64,000 bases of DNA from Folioceros fuciformis. Its lineage: Eukaryota. How positions within the stretch are numbered: position 1 is the stretch's first letter; every line of letters begins with the position of its first letter. The notes below the pieces were generated by a model. It was not told the DNA's origin. It saw nothing but the letters and a program-made list of their open reading frames with translations, and ran no database searches. Location: positions 199,775 through 263,774 of the forward strand of contig JBNGIO010006185.1 of the NCBI GenBank assembly GCA_049999805.1. The letters are read 5' to 3'. Below are positions 1 to 11,055 of the stretch, one piece after another. A program made the position numbers and the translations under genes.

Positions 1-1837
1 CCCCTGCCCTAGCTAGGGCATGGTCTCCATGGCCGTTTAGGCCAGCCAGACAATCAGCCAGCTTGACATTGGACCTTGACATACCCTAGATTCCCCTTCC
101 TATGTTCAAACCATTATTTTATTATATAATATTATTTTATCATTATTTAATTATTTAATACTATATATTTTAATTAATAATAAACCAATTACCAAGCCTA
201 GATTCAAACTTTCCCAACCCTATGGTACGGTACCAAACCTAAACTTTCTCAGGTCTGGGACCAAACCTATAGCCACTCTAATAACCAAACCAACTATTTC
301 TTTGTCAATTAACCTAATTTGCGCAAAGAAAAATAGAAAAATGACCAGAAAATAAAGAAAAATTAGGGAAAATAAGTAGGAAAAGAAAACCAAACCATAC
401 TGCTATTAACCCTTTTTCAACCAAAACAAACCACTACCCCAAACTTTGGAGGTTCACACTCTCATATTTAGAGTTTGGAGACAATGTTCTTGAATGCACA
501 ACAAAGACATCTTCACCCAACCATAGTTGTTTGATGCTCACTTCCTTAAGTATTATATGAACTTATAGTTGTGGTTTCTTCAGCAATGTATGCAGTGGAG
601 TTTTGGGAGCCCTATCTCTCACTTTGTCATTGGTCTAAAGTGGAGGAAGTTCATATATCCTTGGGCCCCACGTTGCGTGTAAGAGATATGTTTCCTTGGC
701 CATCCTTCCCACTTGAACATGATGGTTTATTCTCCTTAGTGATCTTCCTATGCCATGTCTATTGTTTAGAGGATGTTCGTCAAGCTTGATCGTGTGTTGT
801 CGCTTAGGTGCATGTAAATAGTAATCAGTTAATAATTAAGTTATGCTATCACTTAGGTGTATACAAATAGTAATTAGTTAATAATTAAGTTATGCTAACA
901 GGTAGCATGTTGGTATGACCAAGTCTTCTTCTTGGCTCAAAAAACTTGGTTTCTGTCCAAAGAGTCTCCTAGCCCAAACCTCTCACCCCCTTGCTCGATT
1001 ACATAAGGCCATTCTACTTGAGCTACGAACTACCTATTTATCATATACTTGGTCTCCTTTGTCTTCTTTAGTCATACAAACATACAAACAATGTCTTTGT
1101 GTCTTCTCCAAATTTGGGAAACCAAGTCTTCCTCTCCTTCTTTGCACCCATATGTATCTTTTGACCTCAAGATGATTATGGGCCATTTTTGGGCCATGTC
1201 TCATCATCTCATGATTCAGACAATGGAAAAGACAAAAATCTTGGAAGTGAAGATTGAGTTGTCCCAAATAAATGTGTAAAATTCTACCAAATATCCTCAT
1301 GGATATGATATAATTTTATATTATTTTTTTTGACAAAAATGGTACAAGTAATATTGGCTTATAATCCAAAGGCTCCAAGCTCAACCCACATATCCGGAGG
1401 AGGATAGAAAACTGGCTTGGAGAAACCACTTTGTACTAAATAATGTTATTTGCATCACATTCAATTCAGCAGCTGTTTGGATTAAATAACAACTACAGTT
1501 CACGCGCAATAACTCTCTGGAAACATTATTCTAAAGAAGCGCAATATACACATCTGGCTGTCCGAAGGAAAATTGCGTTGAAAACACAACTGTTCACCAA
1601 CGAAAGATGCCGATGTGCTGTATACGTCTTGGACAACATTAGGGTCTTGGGAAGAGTCGGTTTCCGCCCAGCCTCCTCCTTTCCAGCTCGCATGGGACCA
1701 CAGGCGACCACAAGAGTCTTCCAGAGTCTTTCAGGGCCTTTGGCAAAGGCAGTTCCGCTTCTGAAAGAGCTGTAAAAGGTGGAGCAAGGGTGCAGAAAGG
1801 ACGGGAGCCATCATCAGCTGGCATGAGTTGGCATGAG

Positions 1838-3487
1838 CTACCAAGCTGCGTCTTGATCTGACTGCTGGGATGAGGCGACTGTTGTCAAGACACTACTGCT
1901 GCTGTCACTCGTGCCTACAGTCCAGTCACATGTGCGGTTGGCGTAGTTAACCCATGTAAGTTCTGTCTCCTGATACTCGTACATGAACCTGCCCCAAGAA
2001 AGGCAAATCAGCATACTGCGTCTTTCAGCAAAATCAATGGACAACATGTGGTTACGTCAGTCCGCAGTGCCAACAAAAGGGCGATGCACAATCATGGATA
2101 GGGAAGAGAGCTTTCATTGACCTTTCGAAATTGAGACTCTCAGCGACCGATACCCTCACCAACTCGGCATTTTCATCGTAGAACAGGAACTCGGCATTGA
2201 GATAGTCGGGATCATCTATATGCTCCTTCCCATGGAGCTTCTGCAACCCGCAAAACGAATCCACGCCTCAGCTCATTATGAAGGAAACGTATCTGAAGGC
2301 ACCACATGTGAGACACCACCACAACTACCAGCCAGATGTTCCAGATGCGGTCAAGATTGTTGTGGTGAGCATGAAAAATCGGATCTCTGGCCGCAGAGTA
2401 CCCGCGGCCCATGTCCTCCCACTGTGCATTGTTGTGATTGCCAGTCCAGACGTGAATGGCAGCATGAGGCACAGCCTCCAGAGCTCCTGACAAGACGGGC
2501 CTGTTTTCCCCTGCCCGGAATGCGGGCGAGTAAAACGCATCTCTGTCGACAACCGACCTGTTGCACAAAATGTCCCACAGCAGCCCATTGTTCTCCTTCC
2601 TGAGCACATCCGCCTCCTCTGCAAGTGGAAAAACCGAAGATCGACAGTGGTCAGCCTCCAGAACCTCGGCCTCCTTCCTGGACTCATACGTGAGCCACAA
2701 AGTTGTACCAACCTGTGACAACGTTGGCTAGCACCTTTTCGAACTGCAGTTGAACCATGCGGTTGACAGTCATGGTGTTTTCCTTATGCCGTTCGTGGTC
2801 GAAGAGGCCCGGATATTTCTCCGGCTGGCTATACATGCGAGGAAACACGTTGGCCCATGGATGCTCGGTGCGCTGGTTGTCCCAGTTCCAAAAGGGAAGA
2901 GCGAACTCCTCGTCTCCAAGCAGCTTGGCTAGAATCCTCTCGTGGAAAAACTCAAACCTGGAAGCATTCCATTCCATTGCATTCCACTGGCATCAGCGGA
3001 AGTGCAGGAGCAGCCATGGCAAATGATACAGCACGGCACAGGAAGGCACAGGAGATTACCAACGATGGAACGGCATCAGGAACCACGTCTTGTGCACCAT
3101 GTAGTCCTTGTCAGGGTGTCCCAACTGCGATCTGACATCGGGAGAGCCGTACAAGCAGTGCAGGTTGGCCTGCTGGAAGTGCGAGCGGGGATCATTCTCC
3201 GGGAGCGCTCGGAGCAGCTCATAGGCTCGATTGTACTTCTCCATGTACGCCTCATCCACAAGATGCGCAGCCTGCCGAATTCTCCTCTTCTTCGGCAGCG
3301 GATTCTGCTCCAAATACTCCTTCAGGCTCTTGCTCACCGGCGGGTTCCGCATGATGGCCTCCAAGGTGCAGCAATTTCCCCAGCTCACATGAGGCCTGCA
3401 GGAGGAGAAATTTCCCATGGCAGGCTCCCCGCTCCCGGTCCCGACACCGAATGCCAGCAGCAGGATGGCGCACCAAAACAATGCCAT
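1838..3487 (-). CDS. PPO: Polyphenol oxidase (type-3 copper), short type with signal peptide; 5 exons: 3487-3060, 2957-2713, 2618-2329, 2240-2122, 1988-1838 (alternative upstream in-frame ATG at 3565)
   Basis: GT-AG introns join in frame. CuA region QQANLHCLYG...VHKTWFLMPFHRW, then FFHERILAKLLGDEEFALPFWNWD; CuB region EAVPHAAIHVWTG...EDMG..YSAARDPIFHAHHNNLDRIW; then DYLNAEFLFYDEN and the YEY motif. N-terminus MALFWCAILLLAFGVGTG is hydrophobic. Confidence 0.9.
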
Positions 3488-4261
3488 ACTGACCGAATTG
3501 CCGATCCCGGCCGCGGCAGCCGCCTCGCTAGACAATGCACCTTCCTTTCTTGCAGCTTCCTTCATATCTCCCTGGCTCTACCACCTGCATCAGCCGCAGG
3601 CCGCTCATTCAGACACCATTGGCCGGAAAATAGACGCGGCGCTGCAGCATTTACGTCCCTCAATAATTGATGGTTAGTCTGTTGCGCGGCTTCCATCCCT
3701 TGTAGGCCGGTCAGCATTGGAAGGACGGGATGCGAAAGGCATTGGCAGAGAAACAGAAGCCTTCGTACATCGTGGCGTGGACGTCACATTCCGTCCTTCA
3801 ATCAGGCCCAAGCCAGGCCCCACGCAAAAGCAAAAACCCATGCCCCACTTGTCAACGAAACTGAAGTAGACTAAACTGAAGTAGACTAAGTGTAACACCC
3901 ACATCTCGATGGTAGGTAGGCATTGGAGTGGAAAAAGGATATCCGCCTTTCCAGGCAGGCCTGGTCTTTTGCAAAGCAAATAGGTTGAGGCACGATCGGT
4001 GATGAGAGAGGGATATGTGTACGATTTCGACAATATATAATATGCATAGATGATGGTCCATCACCACCGAAGGGCAGATTAAGTTGGAGAATCATGCGTC
4101 CACCTGACAGGGATCTAGAAAACAAGCCTCATACTGAAACTTGAAGATGCAATCCCAATTCTATGGATCATAGGGTTGTTCCTTCTATGGCTTGCATTAT
4201 CGTGTTATGATGTCCATGTTGGGAGGCAGGCTTCCTTGACATCTGCAAAAGTTGCTTCATA

Positions 4262-5392
4262 CTACCATTGCGGGTGTTGCTGATACTCCTGCTGTAACGG
4301 AGTCTTGCTTGAGATGTAGTCGGGGCGGGAATTGGGTTCCACAGCCCAACCACACCCGTAGTTGTTGTAGTGCTGCCAAGGGGCTTCGACTTCCTGGTAT
4401 TCGTACATGAACCTGATGTGACGCACAGGAATGCACTTTTTTCTGTGAGCATTCCACGGATCCAATGAGAGCAACTGGTGCCAGAGGTGGAAGGATTTGA
4501 AGGATGTGAAGGAAGGGGAAAGCAGACTGTGTCTCACATTTCGAAGTTGAGAGATTCAGCCACCGTGACCTTCACCAGCTCAGCTTTCTCGTCGTAGAAC
4601 CAAAACTCTGCGTTCAGGAAGTCTGGATCCTGAATGTGCCCCTGCCCGTGTACGTCCTGCACTTGAGGAGTAAACCCATAAAATCTGACTTCAGGAATTA
4701 GACTCATGGGAGAAAGTGAAGGCGGAGCAGTTGTTTGAGCATTGTATGCAGTACCCGCCAGACATTCCAGAGGCGATCCAAATTGGCATGGCGGGCGTGG
4801 ACAATTGGGTCCCTGGCCGCAGAGAAGCCTTGCCCCATATCCTCCCAGTGGGCGTTGAGGTGGTTTCCGGTCCAGACGTGAATGGCGCCGTGAGGCGTGG
4901 CTTCCAGGTCGCCGGACATCTCCTCCTTGTCTCCTCCAGCCCGCAGGGGAGGGGAGTAGAACGCATCGTCGTCCACGCTGGATTTGTTGCACAAAATGTC
5001 CCACAGCAGCGCGTTGTTGGCTTCAGCCAAAGCCACCGGATCCTCTGCTCCACCACCCACACCACCTTCAGCCAATTTCCCAAATCCACGCACTGCCAAC
5101 CCACTCCCCAAGATGCTAAACGCAAGCCGAAGCCGAAGCCGAAGCCAACCCACCTTTCCGAATGCCGGCAACGACGTCCAGAATCTGCAGATCGATCACT
5201 AGGTTGGGATCCATGGTCCGCTCCTGTTGGGATCAAACAGGTTGGGATACTTGTCCGGCTGGCGGTACAAGGCCGGAAACACATTTGCCCGCGGCTCCGC
5301 ACTCCCCTGGTTGTCCCAATTCCAGAAAAGGCAGTGCGAATGTCTCGTCACCCAGGAGCTTCGCCAGGATTCTCTCATGGAAGAAATCGTAC
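4262..5392 (-). pseudogene. PPO pseudogene, tandem paralog; CuA exon not found
   Basis: Same intron positions as the intact PPO, with CuB (EATPHGAIHVWTG..EDMGQGFSAARDP) and YEY exons present. Frameshift near 5327 (LPF/LFWNWD), a second near 5220, and no AG acceptor before YDFFHERIL. Confidence 0.8.
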
Positions 5393-7357
5393 GGCACAAA
5401 TTCAGAGTGAGGACTCACAAAAGATGAGGAATCCGATGACCAAACAGCATCACATCCGGCAGCACGACATCCCCCTTGGACAATCTCAGGAATCACAAAT
5501 CGCGTAATCCAGCCCAAGCTTCGCCTACCGAAACCCACAAAATCCACCCCACAGCATCATGACACGATTTTCTTGTGACAGTTAAGCTCATTCGTTTCTA
5601 CCCGATGTGCTCTTAGAGCAACCTTCTTTTCGTAAGCTCCCTCTCCAGCATCGTCCTGACCACGTTTCTTCTGACGAGCTGCCTGGTTCCTGTTGCCGCG
5701 ATTCGAATTGTTCTTCGTCACGACCCTGCTGGTTTTAAATCGATCGACTATAAACTACCGAGGCCCACTCAGGTGATTCCAGCGACGTGCATGCACAGGT
5801 AGCGGAATGTTGATTCCCACTAGCTCTCTTGCTCACGCTTACGCCAGGGTGCCGCCTGATTTGCCACATATGGAACGACGAAACGACTTTCATGCGTTGA
5901 CACCTGGAGTGAAGTGNNNNNNNNNNCCTTAGCACAGGACTCGAATTCGAGTGGCTTGTCGGAATGTTTCGTCGGATGCGGCTCTGCGTGGCATATACCT
6001 CTGGACCCAGCGTAGCGTAGAAAGCGGAGGGGACAGTCCAAGAGGTACTTTTTTTCCCCCTCTATGTCTAAGAAACCGTTGATATCGCGATTAGTAGCTG
6101 AGGTAGAAAAGCCTCTCTTTCATTGTTTGGACGGTTATTGATTTTGAGGCTATGTTCGACATTCCTCTTATTTAAAGAGTTATATTGTATTGTTCTTAAA
6201 CTATTTTATTATTTCTACACTTAGTGTCATCACACTTAATTTCGTACTGTTTTTGCCATGCGCTTTCAGTTTATGCACGGCATTTAACCTCTCCACGGAT
6301 TGACCAATTGAACTTGGCCTATTGACTTTTTTGTAGACTACTTTATGTCATACTTGCATATGGTTGAAGGGATACAATTCCAGCACATTCCGCAGCAAAG
6401 GGATGGCCTGGCCAATAATTTTACCATCCCTTTCTACATGCACAAGAGCCAATCTATGATAGAAGAAAACCTAAGCTTCTCAAAACCTGACCAACCTTTC
6501 ATCTCCATTAGATGGGCTTGGTAGGATGTCATGAGAAGCTAGGCTTCTTAAAACTCAATTGACCTCCCTTCTTCATTTGCTTACAGTAGGGGCACATTAC
6601 AGTTGTAGGGGCAAATTACCTTAGTCCACTATGGGCTGATGGCTAGTTCACCAATAATGTTTCTTCTTTTGCTCTTGTTACTTGTAGAAGTCACAAGTTG
6701 TCTCTTCTTCATCCAAGAAGGATAGCTGGAAGACAAAAATAATGTCTTGTACATCCATGAAGATCATTCATCAGCCAATATTTAGTTAGATTAACAAAAG
6801 CACACTTAAGTCCTAAATGGAATCAATTGTGGTAGTTGGAAGCAAACTTCACATCCTTAATTAAGTTGGAAACCCCGAAGTAGGAAGGGAAATATGGAAT
6901 ACCGATATGGATAGGGGTTCTTTAATAGAAATTTTAGGGCAGCAGTAGACGGTGCAAAGATAAGGGACATAATGTTTGTGCCCGCTTCGATCATAGGGCA
7001 CAAAGTAGGCATCCTGATCAGGACACCTACTTTGTGTCCTGATCGGGATGGGTCCTTGCCAGGTGCAGCTCTGGAGCAAGCTCTGGGGCGAGTGGGAGGA
7101 CATAGCATTTGTAGGTTCATGCAAGAGCCATGGCTGTGTGGAGGGTGACAGGCTTGTTAGGGAGGCCTCTCGCCTAGCTGACTTCATGGAAGCAGACGTT
7201 GGCACACAATGAAGCTGCCAGGTGCAACAGTTTGGCTATAGAGCCAGCCCGTGCAACTGGAGTTCTGGTTGGTATCGGGCCTTCCATCAACCAATAATTC
7301 TTGTGGGAGAAGTTTGCATCGGACTCTACATTGCTCCAAGTTCGCAATCAATCTCAG

Positions 7358-8148
7358 GAGGCCCGAAACAGGAAGTCTAAGCAGGTCCTCTGGTTCGACG
7401 ACCGATGTAAGTTGGCGGGGGTGGATTCTAAGCCGCCTAGCACCGCACCTGCTCTTGCATCTAGCTAGAGTGTGCCGGATGCCAAAATCATCACCTTGCA
7501 AGTGCTCGGGAGAAACCGGCCAGTTGGGGCGGAATTCATGCTGGGTGGTTTGGTCCTCGCTCCCCTCAGGATTGTAGAACCACGCTTCTCAGAAGGCCTG
7601 AAACAGGAAGTCTAAGCAGGTCCTCTGGTTCAACGACCGGTATAAGCCGGCGGGGGTGGATTCTAACCCGCCTAACGCCGCACCTGCTCTTGCGTCTAGC
7701 TGGAGCGTGCTGGATGCCAAAATAATCACCTTGCAAGTGCTCGGGAGAAACCGGCCAGTTGGGGCGGAATTCATGTTGGGTGGTTTGGTCCTCGCTCCCC
7801 TCAGGATTGTAGAACCACGCTTCTTTGAAGGCCCGAAACAGGAAGTCTAAGCAGGTCCTCTGGTTCGACGACCGGTATAAGCCGGCGGGGGTGGATTCTA
7901 AGCCGCCTAGCGCCGCACCTGCTCTTGCGTCTAGCTTGAGCGTGCTGGATGCCAAAATCATCACCTTGCAAGTACTTGGGAGAAACCGGCCAGTTGGGAC
8001 GGAATTCATGTTGGGTGGTTTGGTCCTCGCTCCCCTTAGGATGCCAAAATCATCACCTTGCAAGTGCTTGGGAGAAACCGGCCAGTTGGGGCAGAATTCA
8101 TGTTGGGTGGTTTGGTCCTCGCTCCCCTTAGGATTGTAGAACCACGCT
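7358..8148. repeat. Tandem array of about 235-bp GC-rich units (3 copies) plus an internal partial duplication of about 92 bp
   Basis: gaaacaggaagtctaagcaggtcctctggtt starts at 7365, 7600 and 7835. ggatgccaaaatcatcaccttgcaag..cccttagga is repeated at about 7947 and 8039. Confidence 0.95.
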
Positions 8149-8274
8149 TTGGTGTCAGCTTCTTTCCAAGCACCCAGACATCAAATTCACCTACTACTAG
8201 CGTTGTGCACTAGTAGCATGCGCAGCGAGGACAAGAAGAGAATTGGGAAGAGAATGAGAAGCTCCCAATTGTCC

Positions 8275-8520
8275 CTAAATGCTGTGCCAAAAACTTAAGA
8301 TAATCAATGTGTCCCTTTCGGTCTAAAAAGAGGTTAGAGATATTTAAAAAAAAATGCAATACGGTGTATACTTAGGGTTGGATGATGTGGCAAGTGGCAA
8401 AGTAGAGTAGAGAAATATTCTTTAGATGCCATAGAATATTCACGTATAAAATATATATTAAAAACACATAAGTATGTAGTCCCTATCTGCATTGGTATTC
8501 CAGAGGGAAAAGGACTTATA
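8275..8520 (+). repeat. AT-rich dispersed repeat, related to 48070-48300 (probable non-autonomous TE family)
   Basis: Shared collinear blocks: ggatgatgtggcaag, aatatt..tagat...agaatattcac.tataaa, and gcat.gg..ttcca.ag. Confidence 0.6.
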
Positions 8521-9819
8521 GAAAATAAAAAATCATAAAAAATAATTCATCATAATATGCAATGGTTTTGGAAAAATATTTGTCCACCATAGTCCTATAT
8601 AGCCCCACAAACATTCGCCGTTTCTGGGACAGTGAAGGAGGGTGTGGGCGTGCCCACTTGTCCCGTATAGAAAAAACACATAGGTGTAAGGCTGCTAGGA
8701 TCTACGACTTGGATATATACGCATGTCCATCCAATCTGAATGTTATCTGAGAGTGAGGTCAAGGAATGAATAGACGTGCCTTTCATTGTCCTCCGCATGT
8801 GCACACGGAGTTGAGCGGACATGAAGCGTCATGGAGTCCCGCACCAATACTGTGCACGCTCCATTGCCATCCATATGTACGTCGTACAGATCTCCCAGAT
8901 CCCGGTTGCAGTGGGCCATGATCTGTTGTTCGATATACCCCACACACATGTAAGATATGAGCTCTAATGACAGCCCTCACCTACACTGCAGACACACAAA
9001 CCATTAGAATAATGGAGCCAGTGAAAAACATACCCAAGAGAGCGTAAACCACAAGCTGGGATCTCTACTACACATTGTGGTCGAAGAATTGGCCTCTCAG
9101 GAAAGCTGTCCACTTTTCATCCGCGAGGTGTCGTCCTGGCTGCCCAATGCCTGTGGCTCATGGGTTTGTGGTCGGAGCTGGTGGCGGGACCAGAAATGTC
9201 ACATGATGTATGTAGGTAGGTCTTGCCGCTTACATCGTGTCACTGCAAAGCAAACTATGATTGATGACAGTGGCCTGATGGTAGAAGTTCGCTCCCGTGC
9301 TTTCCTCAGTAGTGAAGTTGTCCAAGCTCCAGTGACTGCCTCTCTTCCTGCAATGGCAATTTGGTATGTTAGGGGATGGCCAATTCAACCTGCATAGCAT
9401 TGTAACAAGGACTGAGAAAGAGGTAGGTAGGTGGTATGGAGGGGATAATAGGTGTGCATATGCCAGTCCAGGATGAAGACCTTTGGTAGGAGCGGCAAGT
9501 GAGGGCTAGCGGGGTTGTTGGATACAAGACGTGTTTTGGCGGCTACAATAGAGCTCCAGATGCTGCTCCTGCATCTGCTTCTCCTCCTGAGCGAAGTTTA
9601 TGCAGACAACATCCCCCTCAACTGGCTTTTCCATCCCTTCTACCGATTGTGAATAAAACGCCTCTTGCTCGTCTTCTTGATCTGGTGCAATGTCCTTGGA
9701 GTCAGGACTGGAGGCTCGAGAAGGAGCATCCTCTGACCAGGCTTCTAAAGCAAAGAAGCCGAGAAAAGTTTTCAAATCCGAGATTGTGCTGTCAAGTGCT
9801 GCGTGCAACCTGTTCCCAG

Positions 9820-10389
9820 GCTCGTTTACTTCCACGACAGAATCCTGGGGAGCCTGATAGGAAGCCCAGACTTCACAGTCCCCTTCTGGAACTGGGACTA
9901 CCAGAGAGACTTGTATCCTTGCCCGAACGCTATTCCCCCGGCATTCCGAGATCTTGTGAAGTATCCGGCGTTGCACGATGCGTTCCGGGAGCCCTCGGGA
10001 GACCAGATCGTGAACCTGGCCAAGGGCACTGCTCTCGACATCACCTTCAGCACCGGTGAGCGGAGGCTCTGCCATGACATCCCGTTTGTGCAACATTTTG
10101 CACTCTAATTTCTTTCTCCATCCCAATGATGACGAGTACTGTAACAATTGTGCAGAGGACGAGCTGCGACTGCTCAGCTACAACCTCTTCCACAGAATCC
10201 TTGTGGTGAACTCTGAGAACGATCCGGTGCTCTTCTTCTCCACCCCGATCCGAGCAGGGGAATCCGGCAACAAAAAAGACCGACTGGACTATTACTTAGA
10301 GGGATTTGAGACTGTGATTCACGGGGGAGTTCATGCCTGGACAGGAACGAGTCCCACAGGCAGGGACATGGGAGCAGCCTGGACGGCAG
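9820..10389 (+). pseudogene. PPO fragment, inverted and more divergent (exons 9820-10055 and 10156-~10389)
   Basis: [26 protein letters not shown] and ETVIHGGVHAWTG..RDMG, with the same intron phases as the intact PPO. It breaks into a GAG-rich EKEQKL duplication before the third CuB His. No CuA exon is seen. Confidence 0.8.
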
Positions 10390-11055
10390 AGAAGGAGCAG
10401 AAGTTGGAGGAGGAGGAGGAGGAGAAGGAGCAGAAGTTGCTGGTGGGTACATATGAAATGCATGCAGCTAAGGGGCCCGGGCCATAATCCTCAACATGTT
10501 GATATGTATTTGAACAAGTCATCCCGCCTCCACCATCACCCTTAGTTGCCTGAATGAGAACTGTTGAAATACCACGATACAAGAAAGAACGGCCATTGAT
10601 TTGCTGTGACCGTCCCATGGTGTTGGATGAGGCTCTTAAGACAGAATTTGGCTGGCTAAGATTTAACTAGGTTGCACGACGGGCGAAGATGGGCTGAGGA
10701 GACGAAGGCAGGTGCCTACTTCAGGTGTAGGTGCTCAGTTCCCGACTGAAACATACTGATTCTTCACGGGCTCACACGCGCGACGCAAGGTATCAGTGTG
10801 GCTCATGTATTTGTGCTTGCCCTTGGTTGTGTTGTGATGGTCAGTTTTTAAGTTGATCTTAATTTGTTATGGGCTCATGCGCACGAAGGGCAAGGAATTA
10901 CTGTAGCTGCTGGGTTCGTGCTTGCCGTGAGGTTGTGCTGGGGGATGCAGTTGGTTCGTCTCAGCCTCGAAGAACCCTTGCCCCTTGTTCACTAGGCCTG
11001 GGATGAGACTGCTGTTTTCTTCTGTATTCTGTGTGAGTGCATACAGTGAAGACAC

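Noticed and set aside
1-1440. Possible LTR-retrotransposon remnant with a ~48-bp duplication at 802-897
   Set aside because: No intact domain, termini or TSD is visible within the window.
7358-8148. CRISPR-like or coding repeat array
   Set aside because: There are no unique spacers, the context is eukaryotic, and the 235-bp period shifts frame, so the ORFs here are repeat artefacts.
8595-9800. Coding-looking minus-strand fragments between the repeat and the PPO relic
   Set aside because: Short interrupted ORFs with no motif I can assign; probably TE or gene debris.
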